Shown: positions 12,609 to 22,788, counted from the first letter of the stretch. The stretch is DNA of 64,000 nucleotides from Aulosira sp. ZfuVER01 (GCA_034530615.2 JAVRCV020000005.1:1-64000), one strand, 5' to 3'. A program made the numbers and translations. Notes: a model not told the origin generated them from the letters alone.

Positions 12609-12641
12609 CTGGAGAGCGCACATCAGTTTCTCTTCCAGCTA
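12606..12641. terminator. Hairpin between the convergent WYL gene and the element ORF
   Basis: TAGCTGGA...TCCAGCTA inverted repeat at the WYL stop. Confidence 0.5.
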
Positions 12642-12731
12642 GCAGTGGTCAATTTGAAAGACTAAAAATCGGCATGATAATTATTGGCGATCGCCACGCT
12701 CGATCAGATGAGAGCCTGAATCAACCCCCCT

Positions 12732-13802
12732 TTACACTACTGGTAAAGTTGTTGCTATCTCACAATTGCGAAACGAACCCATAGAATTGGCTTGCTGCCG
12801 TTGTTGGCGAATATATTGCAAACGATCTAACGCCTCATTCATGATTTTGACTATATGACGCTCATAACGACTGAGTAATTCGATTTGTGGTGGGATGACT
12901 TGCGATCGCCTAGTTAAGTCCTGATAATCCGCGATCGCATTTTGGTGTTCTTTCTCCACCTGAGTTATCTCTTTTTCAATGTTCTCAAGCTCGTTGAGCC
13001 TTTCTCTACATTTCTCCTCAACCTTATCAATACGAAACTTCACTATAGAGCAATGTAACTGCTTTTTAGTTTTAGGGTATTGATCGTCAGCTAGGTCTTG
13101 TTGCGCTATTTTTATTGAGACTTGAAGCTGACTGACCTCACCATAAAGGGTTTGCTTTTCCTTCTGCTGTCTGGCAAATTCTTGGCAAGCATTAGCATAT
13201 TCCACCGCACTTGAATAACACAGAGGATTAATAGTAATGCTCTTGGATGGATGCTGATATAAAAACTTTGTGATGACCTTCTCTGCGTCACCTAGCCACT
13301 CTGACCAGATTGAATTGAAATATTTCTTCCTGACATCTTTATCTAGGTCGCGATAGATTTTTAATGTATCTAGCATTCCTAGGCTCAATTCTCGCTCAAG
13401 CGCTCTATTATCTGGGTGAAACAGTGTTTTATTTTTTAGTTCATAGTCATCTTTTTCGTAGTAAGGGTATTTAGCTACAGTTGGCGGTTCTAGGCGAGGA
13501 GCAGGCGTTAAAGCATGAGATGCCAACGCTGATTCCGCCATCCACAAGCGATAAAGACGAATCTTTGCCATTGCTACTTGTTCTAGTAGCGTAATTTCGC
13601 TAGGCGACTCCGGTTGAAACTCGCCGATTAACTCCTCCATAAATTGCTGAAACTTCAAGGCATCTTCACCGATAACAGGGGCTTTAGTTGCCAACAATCC
13701 GTGACGAGTCGCATTCATTCTGGCAATCTTCCTTCCTTGCTCTGTCGTCGCTCCACGGCTTTTTTTTCCGTTGTTTCTGCTAACTTCTGCGGGGCAAACC
13801 AT
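12732..13802 (-). CDS. Hypothetical element protein with an N-terminal NxxKSxGxxTxxG...RxNAxxHGL motif and coiled coils
   Basis: NGKKSRGATTEQGRKIARMNATRHGL; long ORF co-oriented with the replicase; function unknown. Confidence 0.7.
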   Translation of the reverse strand: MVCPAEVSRNNGKKSRGATTEQGRKIARMNATRHGLLATKAPVIGEDALKFQQFMEELIGEFQPESPSEITLLEQVAMAKIRLYRLWMAESALASHALTPAPRLEPPTVAKYPYYEKDDYELKNKTLFHPDNRALERELSLGMLDTLKIYRDLDKDVRKKYFNSIWSEWLGDAEKVITKFLYQHPSKSITINPLCYSSAVEYANACQEFARQQKEKQTLYGEVSQLQVSIKIAQQDLADDQYPKTKKQLHCSIVKFRIDKVEEKCRERLNELENIEKEITQVEKEHQNAIADYQDLTRRSQVIPPQIELLSRYERHIVKIMNEALDRLQYIRQQRQQANSMGSFRNCEIATTLPVV

Positions 13803-13900
13803 AATACCGAGTGATGAAATTTTTTAAAATTTGATAGCGAGCCTTCATAAAAGATAGAAGTGCCATTCAGTCTAAGGTTAGCGCTCAATAACTTCAATTA

Positions 13901-16624
13901 CTAGCTAGCAGGGTAGTAATTTTTGTTGATAAGTTTGATAATGCCACCCTCAACTAAAGTCTGGCAGTCTTTGCGTAATTTATCACTGGGAATTTTCCTG
14001 AACGCAGAAATTCCACTCTTAATTTCTCGAATTTGCGAACCTGGCTTACGCTCCACAAATTCTTTGATCTTAAGCAAATTGCCAGCTAATTCTAGTTGTG
14101 GAGAATTATAGGTATAAATCAGTTTGAGTTGAGCAATGTAGAAGTCAACGATCGCACAGGCGATCTCCATAGTTTCGCCTTCTATAAATGCACTCGGAGT
14201 AATTTCACCTGCTAGCACAGAATTAATTAAGTGCAACCAAAGCGCAAATCTAGCTAGATACGTTTCAAACTTGGGATATGCAGTCTGTAAGCCTGGATGT
14301 GTTTCTTGTTTCGTCCAATCAACTAATTGGTGCTGATATGCTTGAAAAACTGCTTTTGCACCTATAGTTAATAAATAATCTCTATCTGGTAGATTCCCTA
14401 AAATTTTGTAGATTTTTGTTAGGTACTCTGCTAACTTAGCGCCTGAATTATCCTCATCTGCAAATAAGTTAATATAAGCTGGAGGGCAAGAGACTATGAT
14501 AAAAAGCCATCGAGCAAACTCACCAGTGTGGTCTTCATGGTTTGCCATGAGTTTTTGAAGGGTTAACGGCTGAGTAGAGCCTGTGCGAGAAATAGCAGAT
14601 TTAGGAAGATAAACAGCACCTTCTTCTTTTACTGTATCTTTAGACAGGGATTTACCATTAAATTCAGATAAGTCAAGCTCTGCATCATCACCCTTCCCGC
14701 CACGATACTTATTTCGTCCATTGAAAAATCCTGACCACTCATCACGGTAGTAAAGCAAGCCTCGAGGATTTTCACTGTGGATTCTCATTCTTGCTTCAGT
14801 AGTAGAGTTTTGCACTAGATAACGACCGCGTGGCGCTGGAGGTTCGGGTAAATCAACGCTATCTCCTTTTTTGCTCTTGTGTTGGCGAAGAGCATATTGG
14901 TAATTGTCACTTTCTTGCTTAAACTTGCGGAATTCTTCGGCTTCTAGCTCCTCAAGCGGATCTATGACAATTCGTTGTGATGGAGTTTTTTTACTACCAC
15001 TAGGTGCAATATTGCAACTCCAAAATATACAAGTCTGAGTGTATCCAGATTTCGGATCAATAATGATTCGAGATGATGTTCCAATTCTAGAAGCGGTGAC
15101 CGCAATCAAAGTATTGATCACAGCCTCTGTAGATGTGGGCATTGCTTTTGCCACTGTTGTCAACGATTCTGCTAAATTGCCGTTATCTCCGCGGAATAAG
15201 TCATAAGGGTTAAGACGTGCTTTTTGGCAATCAAGTAGGCTTGGTAGAGCTTTTTTTACATCGCTGCGTTCTTCATTCTCCTCTAGTTCTTTGATTCGGG
15301 CATGGTATAGTGCCCATAGTTTATGTGTTTGTCTGCCGGATTTAATTGCTAAATTCTCAATTGCATCTGTAAGTTCTGATTGCGGCAAGTCCTCTTGAAT
15401 TAACTTCTCCAATTCTGCTTCAAGCAGAGTTGTGCTTAGAGTATGTCTAGCATTCTCAGTCTCGGCAACTACTTGCTTAGGTAATTGTGGAATATTGAGC
15501 GATGCTTTGAGATTATTCTCAATCTCTAACTTAATAGCAGCAGGACATTTAGCATCAAATGTTCCTTTGTCCAATCTCCGAATTTTCTGCCAGCAGCTTT
15601 CCTCGCCGCCTAGGTACTGTGCAGATGGTTGGCAAGATGATGAATCTATAGTTTTGAGAATGCGTTGTATGCGATCGCTATCAATCCCTAACTTTTTACC
15701 CGCTAACTCAACAAGATTTTCAGCATCGCCACTAATTGATATCCCATTCTCAAAGCACCAATTCTGCCAACCAAAGGCTTCCTTAGCTAGTGTAGTTAGT
15801 GCCTCACTGCGATCGCCAGTGGGATTACCACCATTTAAAATCTCTCTTACTTTTTCCGAGAGCAATTCTTCTAGAGGTATTGCATGAGGAGCTAAGTCTA
15901 ATTGAGTTAATGATGATGGGAGGTTTGTGCTGGCTTGTTTTTTGGTCGAATAAAGACCGATTGATTCTAAATCTTCCACCTCTACTAATTCACCTCTATT
16001 TATTGACTTGTATGCATTTCCAGATGGGCCAATCGTCGGACTCAGAACCGTAAACCGACCACTACCTAAGCATTCCCCCAGATGCTTACCTCCTGGGGAT
16101 AATGCAAAGTTGGTAAACTTAGGCTTCTTTCTCACTTGAGTACCAATTCGCCAGCCTCCTGAGTGAGTACGTTCGATAAATGTCCCCTTTAAAGCTGGGT
16201 AACGCTCTAGCCACTCTAAGACTGTGCGATCGCATTCTTCCGGTGAATCGAAATTTTTGACATCAAAATCAATCCAAATAGTCTCATTCCAACCGCCGAG
16301 AGTCCCTACTCCATTAAGAGGATTTGCAAACCATCTATCAAGCTCATTCTGCGTAGGTAATATATTTTGATACTTAGAGTGAAACACTAGATGAGGTTCA
16401 TTATTTTCATCTAAGTAACTAGGATTTTTGCCCGTAAACTTAGGTTTAGGAGTCTTTCCATCCTCCTCATACTCAATATTTCCGTTTTTATCCCTCTTGG
16501 GATATTTAAATGAGTCTTGTTTCGGCGCGACGGGTAGTGCTGGATATCCGTTTTGGGTAAGCCACTTAATAGTCATGTTGCGTAAATATAGAGCCTGATT
16601 TTCACCAATGGCATTAGCAATCAT
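13901..16624 (-). CDS. Bifunctional DNA primase/polymerase (Prim-Pol) fused to a DUF3987 helicase-like domain
   Basis: N-terminal GYPALPV, GKNP, WIDFDVK, THSGG; C-terminal P-loop-like APSGSKKTP, YYRDEW, GEFARWL. Confidence 0.85.
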   Translation of the reverse strand: MIANAIGENQALYLRNMTIKWLTQNGYPALPVAPKQDSFKYPKRDKNGNIEYEEDGKTPKPKFTGKNPSYLDENNEPHLVFHSKYQNILPTQNELDRWFANPLNGVGTLGGWNETIWIDFDVKNFDSPEECDRTVLEWLERYPALKGTFIERTHSGGWRIGTQVRKKPKFTNFALSPGGKHLGECLGSGRFTVLSPTIGPSGNAYKSINRGELVEVEDLESIGLYSTKKQASTNLPSSLTQLDLAPHAIPLEELLSEKVREILNGGNPTGDRSEALTTLAKEAFGWQNWCFENGISISGDAENLVELAGKKLGIDSDRIQRILKTIDSSSCQPSAQYLGGEESCWQKIRRLDKGTFDAKCPAAIKLEIENNLKASLNIPQLPKQVVAETENARHTLSTTLLEAELEKLIQEDLPQSELTDAIENLAIKSGRQTHKLWALYHARIKELEENEERSDVKKALPSLLDCQKARLNPYDLFRGDNGNLAESLTTVAKAMPTSTEAVINTLIAVTASRIGTSSRIIIDPKSGYTQTCIFWSCNIAPSGSKKTPSQRIVIDPLEELEAEEFRKFKQESDNYQYALRQHKSKKGDSVDLPEPPAPRGRYLVQNSTTEARMRIHSENPRGLLYYRDEWSGFFNGRNKYRGGKGDDAELDLSEFNGKSLSKDTVKEEGAVYLPKSAISRTGSTQPLTLQKLMANHEDHTGEFARWLFIIVSCPPAYINLFADEDNSGAKLAEYLTKIYKILGNLPDRDYLLTIGAKAVFQAYQHQLVDWTKQETHPGLQTAYPKFETYLARFALWLHLINSVLAGEITPSAFIEGETMEIACAIVDFYIAQLKLIYTYNSPQLELAGNLLKIKEFVERKPGSQIREIKSGISAFRKIPSDKLRKDCQTLVEGGIIKLINKNYYPAS

Positions 16625-16934
16625 TGCTTACCCCCTTGGTAGCAATATCCGATACAATTTTCTTTTGATCTGAATTGCCTCTAACAAATCTTTTCTGATT
16701 AGAAGGTAGCGATCGCAAGTAATTTTCTATTGCTTTTTGGTGTACTGCTGGAGCCTTATGATTAGCTACCCAGTCCAGTATCAACGGCAAATTATAGAGA
16801 ACAGAGCGAGAATTTAACCTTTGCCAATGAATTCCCTCGAGCCAAACGCCGGATAGCCGATATTTCTTAAAGGTGGAGTTAGAAAGCCCTGTGGTTTGGC
16901 TCAGAATTCTTTTTGAGCAGAATTGTATTTCCAT
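16614..16934 (-). CDS. Excisionase-like / HTH DNA-binding protein
   Basis: TGLSNSTFKKYRLSGVWLEGIHW...VLYNLPLILDW; small basic protein overlapping the replicase start. Confidence 0.7.
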   Translation of the reverse strand: MEIQFCSKRILSQTTGLSNSTFKKYRLSGVWLEGIHWQRLNSRSVLYNLPLILDWVANHKAPAVHQKAIENYLRSLPSNQKRFVRGNSDQKKIVSDIATKGVSNDC

Positions 16935-17173
16935 AAGTATTTTTCAACTCTTATGGACACTATTGTTTGACAGCAACCGCTTCAACGTAAAGGATGTGAA
17001 AACTGTTAAGTTTTCGTAACATAAGCTCGGGATAAGGAATGGAACAAGTAGTAAGCTGAAAATAACGTCAAATACAGCACCTATCCTATTGCTATCAATG
17101 GAAGAAACCCAGCCTTCAGATAAAGCGGCTTTTATCCCCATCTGCTTAACCCGAACTCAGGTTTTATAAACTG

Positions 17174-18094
17174 TTAAGCTTTACGATCCTTCCATTTCTG
17201 CCGGAGAGTACCCTCAGTAATTACGCCCTCAACACAATAGTGAGATTTTCGCCTATGACTCTTGAGTGCTGGATCGCGAGAACTTTTAATTCTTAAGCGA
17301 GCCATAGCATCAATATTATTTGAATTAATATCTAAGTATGTTTTGATTTTATCTACTCCACGATCTGCAAGTTCATAAGCTATGGCGATCACGCGGTCAT
17401 ACCAAATAGCCTTTGCTGAATTTTTGTCAATTAATGCCCAAAACTTCTTTTCTTCCTCTATCTCTTTCTCTCCTTCAGGAAACTTATCTTTGTGCATTTT
17501 TCGTTTGAGCTTATCAATTTGATCAATTTCCCAGCCCTTATATTCATAAGAACTCAACAGATAACGGCTAAACTCTCCTTCTATGTCTCCTCTCACAATT
17601 TCGCACAGCAAATCTGCAATGGATGTAAAAGGATAACCCCAATTTTTATCTAAATTTAGTGTGATTAATCGGCTGTTATCGCAGATTAAATGCCAAAGAT
17701 TTTTGTATAAGTAAGCTTCTAGCCACTTATATTCGTATGCCCACTTATCAATTTCACCTTTCCCAAGTAATGGTAAAAGAGGATCATCAACCTCACCTTT
17801 AGTTGACAAAAAGCATTTAGCAATGTTGACACACGCATCCTTGTATCCCACCCAAGCTTGTAGAACTCCGCAACCAAAGTTCTTTCCTCCATCTAGCAAT
17901 TTTGCATCTGGTAATGCAGATATAAAGAATGCTATTTTCTCCTCTTCAGTTCCATGAGGTAATCCAACCGATTGATAGCCATATTCTGCATCCGAAAGTA
18001 GGTAATTTCCTCTTCTTCTCGTAGATAAGTACTTTATATAACAATGTCTTCCGTTAATCTGATGTTGTTCTTGTTCGCTGAATTCCTCTATCAC
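17174..18094 (-). CDS. Hypothetical protein directly downstream of the integrase
   Basis: 306 aa ORF with a GTG start and GGAGG RBS, 15 bp after the integrase stop; no recognisable motif. Confidence 0.7.
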   Translation of the reverse strand: MIEEFSEQEQHQINGRHCYIKYLSTRRRGNYLLSDAEYGYQSVGLPHGTEEEKIAFFISALPDAKLLDGGKNFGCGVLQAWVGYKDACVNIAKCFLSTKGEVDDPLLPLLGKGEIDKWAYEYKWLEAYLYKNLWHLICDNSRLITLNLDKNWGYPFTSIADLLCEIVRGDIEGEFSRYLLSSYEYKGWEIDQIDKLKRKMHKDKFPEGEKEIEEEKKFWALIDKNSAKAIWYDRVIAIAYELADRGVDKIKTYLDINSNNIDAMARLRIKSSRDPALKSHRRKSHYCVEGVITEGTLRQKWKDRKA

Positions 18095-18109
18095 TATTTA
18101 ACTCCTCCA

Positions 18110-19273
18110 TCAAGAAAGCTCAGGTGGTCTAAGGTTCGTAAAGTTAGTAGCGCCATAGTGGTTGTCAATCATTTTGGCTGATGTCCCAGTCCATCTACCG
18201 ATCGCGGTGCTGTTAATATGTGCTTCCACACATAAGCTGATAAAGGTATGCCGTGTCTGGTAGCTCTTACGATAAGGGACATTACACTTAGCTAAGATTG
18301 ACTTCCATGCACGGTTACCGAAGTTGTGATGGTCGATAAATTTTCCTTTTGGACTTTTAAACACTAGAGATTCAGGATTAACTTCCTCAGGTCTAATCTC
18401 ATCCAAAATTGCCTGCACTTCTGAATTAATCGGAAAATCTCGTTTTCTTTGAGTTTTTAGCCCATCTTTGAGGACTAAGCCATCTTCGGAGACGACTACA
18501 GATTCCCGAAACTGAATCACACTATTGGTAATATGCTTCCATTTCAAGGCAACTGCTTCTGATGGCCTGCACCCAGTAAAGAACAGGAAGCGCACATAGT
18601 GGGTGTAATGACTATAGTGGCGATCGCTAGCGAAAGTACGAATAATTAAATCTCTTTCTTCTTTACTAAATGGATGAATATCCTGCTCCTCAATAGCGCC
18701 CTTGGGTACTTTAATTTTCATGGCAGCAAAAGGGTTAGTGTCGATTAATCCCTCTTCCATTGCCCAATTACAGCAAGCTTTGAGTTGGGTTAAGCAGCGC
18801 TTTGCAGCGTCTGGAGTTAGATTCGATAACAGATGATCTCGAATAGCAGATGCCTCGTCTAGCAATCGTGTTGGTAACTTAGCAATATGATTTCGATGCT
18901 TAGTAAAGTCTTTAACGAAAGTACTAGGGCTAACTTGAGGCTTTTTGAACTCGCTATATTTGTCCCACAACTCATCCAACTGTGGTTTAGGTTTCTGAAT
19001 TGGTGTAACTGTTGTAACTGGTGTAACTGTACTTAGAGATGATGCAGGTTTGTACTTCACCAAAGTCTCGTCCAACCGCTCATATAAGATATCTTTCTCA
19101 ATCTCCGCTGCTTTTAGTTCTGCCAGTTTCCGACTAACAGGAGTATCTAGCCACCCTGTGGATAAGTAATGGCGCTTACCAGCATAGTGAAATCTCAACT
19201 GTAACCGACCATTAGAGCTAATGATTGATACAGATCCTTTATATCCTCGTTCCCTAGAAGTATTATGATACAT
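18110..19273 (-). CDS. Tyrosine recombinase/integrase with an N-terminal arm-binding (DUF3596-like) domain
   Basis: GRLQLRFHYAGKRHYLSTG arm domain; catalytic motifs TGCRPSE, YQTRHTF and HYG. Confidence 0.95.
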   Translation of the reverse strand: MYHNTSRERGYKGSVSIISSNGRLQLRFHYAGKRHYLSTGWLDTPVSRKLAELKAAEIEKDILYERLDETLVKYKPASSLSTVTPVTTVTPIQKPKPQLDELWDKYSEFKKPQVSPSTFVKDFTKHRNHIAKLPTRLLDEASAIRDHLLSNLTPDAAKRCLTQLKACCNWAMEEGLIDTNPFAAMKIKVPKGAIEEQDIHPFSKEERDLIIRTFASDRHYSHYTHYVRFLFFTGCRPSEAVALKWKHITNSVIQFRESVVVSEDGLVLKDGLKTQRKRDFPINSEVQAILDEIRPEEVNPESLVFKSPKGKFIDHHNFGNRAWKSILAKCNVPYRKSYQTRHTFISLCVEAHINSTAIGRWTGTSAKMIDNHYGATNFTNLRPPELS

Positions 19274-19470
19274 ATGTATTAATGGTGTAATTATCCTCTA
19301 CTCTACACCATTTACACCATTTACACCATTTTTTACACCACTTTGCTATCTAAAGGTATCCAAAACGTTCAAATCGGTACATATGTATTAATGGTGTAAT
19401 TATCCTCTGCTCTACACCTTTACACCACTTTTACACCACTTTTTGGTCTAAAGGTGTCCAAAAATGTCCA
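19269..19470. repeat. Imperfect ~100-bp tandem duplication (starts 19269 and 19378) rich in TACACC motifs; probable integrase arm-type sites
   Basis: TACATATGTATTAATGGTGTAATTATCCTCT(A/G)CTCTACACC occurs twice. TACACC at 19304, 19313, 19322, 19334, 19413, 19421, 19432; GGTGTA at 19284 and 19393. Confidence 0.9.
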
Positions 19471-19526
19471 ATGTTCACTCAAAAATAGAACATTTGTTCT
19501 TAGTCAGCCAGTAGTTAGCAACTAGA

Positions 19527-19558
19527 AACCCCTTGAAATCTAACGATTTCAAGGGGTT
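19527..19558 (-). terminator. Hairpin downstream of tRNA-Phe
   Basis: AACCCCTTGAAATC-TAAC-GATTTCAAGGGGTT, a perfect 14-bp stem. Confidence 0.8.
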
Positions 19559-19566
19559 ATGTGAAG

Positions 19567-19639
<73 letters not shown>

Positions 19640-19716
19640 GGGGACTTGTTTGTGCCACGATTAATTAATGTAGCAAACATAAACTGATTATGCAAGTACA
19701 TGAGCAAAAAAAATTT

Positions 19717-20586
19717 TTAGGCTACTTTCACCGTCAATTTGCTCCAGATGAATACAGCCACGAACACGAGAAACTGAACTAGAACGATACTAGGGCCAGA
19801 GGCTAAGTTAAAAATACCCGAAACTATGATGCCTACAAAACTGCTGCTAGAACCGATAATCACTGATAAGGCTAGGAAACGGATAAAATGGTGACTCATT
19901 AATTTGGCAGTAGAAGCAGGAATCACCAAAAAAGCGTTTACCAGTAAAATACCCACAGCTTTAATGGCCACAGCCACAGCTAGTGACAGTAAGACCACAA
20001 AGCCATAGCGATACAATTGGACTGGAATACCTTGGACTTGAGCTACATCTGCGTTGAGAGTCAATAGAATTTGCTGTCTTAGGGTTGATAACAAGAAGAT
20101 ACTACTGCCTATCAAAATCAGCAGCGTCAATATTAAATCTGTGTCATCAATCGCGAGAATATCCCCAAACAGCACTCCCATCAAGTTGCCACGATATCCT
20201 TTGATCGAGCTAGTGAGAATTACACCGATCGCCAATGCTCCTGAAAGAACTATACTAAGTACGCTATCGCTAGCTAAATCGGTTTTGTCAATCAAGTAGA
20301 GGACAACCACACCAAAAACTAAGGTAAATGGCAGCAGCATCCCCGTAGGATTTAACTGTAGTAAGACACCTAGCGCCACACCTACTAATGCTGCATGACC
20401 AACAGCATGGCTAAAAAAGGATAACTGGCGTAAAGTGACAAAACTACCTAACAAACCACCAAGTATTCCCATTAAAATAGCACCCGCGATCGCACGCTGC
20501 ATAAAAGGCAATTCTAACAAGCTCACCCAGTCTTGAGTATTGCTAACAGCTAGCCAAGTTATCTGATAATCAGTGAATAAATTCAT
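19717..20586 (-). CDS. znuB: Zn/Mn ABC transporter permease
   Basis: ABC-3 motifs FMQRA, FFSHAVGHAALVG, LFGDILA; multiple TM helices. Confidence 0.88.
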   Translation of the reverse strand: MNLFTDYQITWLAVSNTQDWVSLLELPFMQRAIAGAILMGILGGLLGSFVTLRQLSFFSHAVGHAALVGVALGVLLQLNPTGMLLPFTLVFGVVVLYLIDKTDLASDSVLSIVLSGALAIGVILTSSIKGYRGNLMGVLFGDILAIDDTDLILTLLILIGSSIFLLSTLRQQILLTLNADVAQVQGIPVQLYRYGFVVLLSLAVAVAIKAVGILLVNAFLVIPASTAKLMSHHFIRFLALSVIIGSSSSFVGIIVSGIFNLASGPSIVLVQFLVFVAVFIWSKLTVKVA

Positions 20587-20723
20587 TTGTAAGCTTTTTA
20601 ACTTATTAGCCTTTTATTTATCACAGATTGATCGGTAATTTTTTTCTAATTAATTAAGTCTGTTTTATGTAATGACAAATGACAACTCTTACCAGTTATA
20701 TTTAATTACTCCGACCTAGTTAG

Positions 20724-21524
20724 TTAATGATGATGCTGGTAGCGACTAAAGCCAGGGCCATAGGTGGCTAATAGGTTTTGTGGTGAAAGGGCGATTTCTG
20801 GTTTACCAGTACAAACAACGGTTTGGTTAAGGCAAAGGACGCGATCGCAATGGCGGTTAACCATATCAATATCATGGGAAACTTGTAATATTGTCCAACC
20901 TTCCTCACGCTTTAACTCGTTGAGCAAGATATAAAAATCTGCTGCACCTTGTACATCTACTCCCGCAAATGCTTCATCTAGTACCAAAAGTTTCCGAGGC
21001 GTCACTAAACAGTAAGCCAATAATACCCGTTTGAGTTGACCGCCGCTGAGAGTACCAATAGCTTGATGTCGCAAATGGTAAGCATCAGTTCGCTGTAAAG
21101 CTTGCACTACTGCTGCTGATTTTTCCCTGTCTTGTCTCCACAAGTTTTTCCAGAATGAACTTCTATGCTGGGTTTGTTTGGAAATTTCCACCCATCCCAG
21201 TCCGACTAACTCACTGACAGAAATGGGAAAGCTGCGATCAAAAATAAAATTTTGTGGCATATAGCCTAATAAATGGCGTAAAAGCCCTAAATTTTTCATT
21301 GGGCGGCCAAACATTTCAATCTTTCCGGCATTATGCGGAATTAATTCTAAAATTGCTTTTACTAAAGTACTTTTACCTGCACCATTAGGCCCAACTATGG
21401 CTGTATCTGTCCCTGGCAATAATTCAAAAGAAACATCCCGTACTGCTAGGTAACTGCCTTGATATACAGTTAATCCTTCTATTTTCAAAATAGGCGATGC
21501 CATTTCTTGCTGATCAACGATCAT
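20724..21524 (-). CDS. znuC: Zn/Mn ABC transporter ATP-binding protein
   Basis: GPNGAGKST, LSGGQ, LVLDE, VSHD. Confidence 0.9.
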   Translation of the reverse strand: MIVDQQEMASPILKIEGLTVYQGSYLAVRDVSFELLPGTDTAIVGPNGAGKSTLVKAILELIPHNAGKIEMFGRPMKNLGLLRHLLGYMPQNFIFDRSFPISVSELVGLGWVEISKQTQHRSSFWKNLWRQDREKSAAVVQALQRTDAYHLRHQAIGTLSGGQLKRVLLAYCLVTPRKLLVLDEAFAGVDVQGAADFYILLNELKREEGWTILQVSHDIDMVNRHCDRVLCLNQTVVCTGKPEIALSPQNLLATYGPGFSRYQHHH

Positions 21525-21589
21525 GAGTAATTAATAATGAGTAATTAAAAAAATAAAAAATGCATTATTGCTTGTAACACTAAATTTAC

Positions 21590-22567
21590 CTACTTGCAAG
21601 CTGTTTCCAAAGTTTGTAAATTAGCTTTCATTGCCTGGAAATAATACTGGGGATCTGTCTTGCCATTTTCTAAAGAATCTAGTGTTTGCAAATTTAACTT
21701 TAAGTCTTGAGAGAGATTTTTTAGTAATTTGTTGTCTATTCCAGGTTCACTCAATAAGGCTTTAACCTTAAACTTCTTGACGGCATTAGTTACATTCTTT
21801 ATATCTGCGGGAGAGAGTTGATCTTCGGGAATTTCTACTACTGCAATTTGCTTGAGGTTATAACGTTGGGCTAAGTATGGATAAGCATCATGAAAAGTAA
21901 CAAAGGTGCAATTAGAATTTTTCTGCAAAGTCTGCTGAAATTTGCTATTTAAGGTTTCTAATTCTTGAATATACGCTGCGGCATTAGCTTCATAAATAGC
22001 TTTATTGCGAGGATCGGCTGCAATCAGCCCATCGCGAATATTTATTACCTGTTGTTTTGCTAAAACAGGATCTAGCCAAATGTGAGGATTAACCTCAGTG
22101 TGTTCGTGGCCTTTCTCCTCTTTGGCAGTGTTGATAATGGGTGAAATCGCACCTATAGATTTAATACTTTTACTGCTGTCGATTTCAGCTAATTTGGGAT
22201 TTTGGGCATTTTTGACAGTTTGTTCGAGAAATTTCTCAAAACCCAAACCATTTTTAACCAATACATTAGCAGTAGCGATCGCTCTCACATTTTCGGGTTT
22301 TGCTTGATACTCATGTACCTCCGTACCTGGTGGCACTAAAATTTCTACCTCTGCGGCATTCCCAGCTACCGCTTTAGTAAACCAATATATAGGTAGAAAT
22401 GTCGCCACTATTTTGGTTTTTTCCGCAGGAGGTAACTCTTGGGAAGCTGCTGTCCGATCTGTGGGCGATTGGTTGCAGCTAGTAATTGATAATATCAGTA
22501 GAGCAATTAGAGGCAGAATATCACTTCTGGTTCTGCCTATTTTAGGTTCTATCCGAGTGCGAACCAC
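21590..22567 (-). CDS. znuA: Zn/Mn ABC transporter substrate-binding lipoprotein
   Basis: Lipobox ITSC, EVHEY, NPHIWLDP, FHDAYPY. Start placed at GTG 22567 after a GAGGAG RBS. Confidence 0.88.
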   Translation of the reverse strand: MVRTRIEPKIGRTRSDILPLIALLILSITSCNQSPTDRTAASQELPPAEKTKIVATFLPIYWFTKAVAGNAAEVEILVPPGTEVHEYQAKPENVRAIATANVLVKNGLGFEKFLEQTVKNAQNPKLAEIDSSKSIKSIGAISPIINTAKEEKGHEHTEVNPHIWLDPVLAKQQVINIRDGLIAADPRNKAIYEANAAAYIQELETLNSKFQQTLQKNSNCTFVTFHDAYPYLAQRYNLKQIAVVEIPEDQLSPADIKNVTNAVKKFKVKALLSEPGIDNKLLKNLSQDLKLNLQTLDSLENGKTDPQYYFQAMKANLQTLETACK

Positions 22568-22624
22568 TATTTTTCTCCTCCGAAAACTAGCTAGCGCTGT
22601 CTTCGTCAAAATGCTTATTGACAA

Positions 22625-22788
22625 TGAGATTGATTCTAAATCTCATTTTATAATAATTCTCATTCTCATGCAATTGGGGTGTAAGCCATCACATCAAAAT
22701 TTTTTGTCATTTGATTGATGATGATTTCCTGACTGAATCTTTTTTTAAAAAATCTTAGCTCCTGATAATATATTGAGAATAGTTATTA
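22625..22788. promoter_or_regulatory. Zur-box-like operators in the divergent znuA/porin promoter
   Basis: TGAGATTGATTCTAA (22625), TTATAATAATTCTCA (22648) and TGAGAATAGTTATTA (22774) resemble the 7-1-7 TGATAATNATTATCA box. Confidence 0.65.

Larger units (their letters stand above)
12732..19566 (-). mobile_element. Integrative element (satellite/IME-like) at the tRNA-Phe 3' end; left boundary not determined
   Basis: Tyrosine integrase adjacent to the tRNA 3' end, followed by a hypothetical gene, an excisionase-like HTH, a Prim-Pol/DUF3987 replicase and another hypothetical gene, all co-oriented. No structural phage or conjugation genes seen. Confidence 0.85.

Noticed and set aside
12609..12731. 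Expected left att site of the integrative element
   Set aside because: No copy of the tRNA-Phe 3' end and no TACACC cluster is visible; only a hairpin and a HIP1 site.
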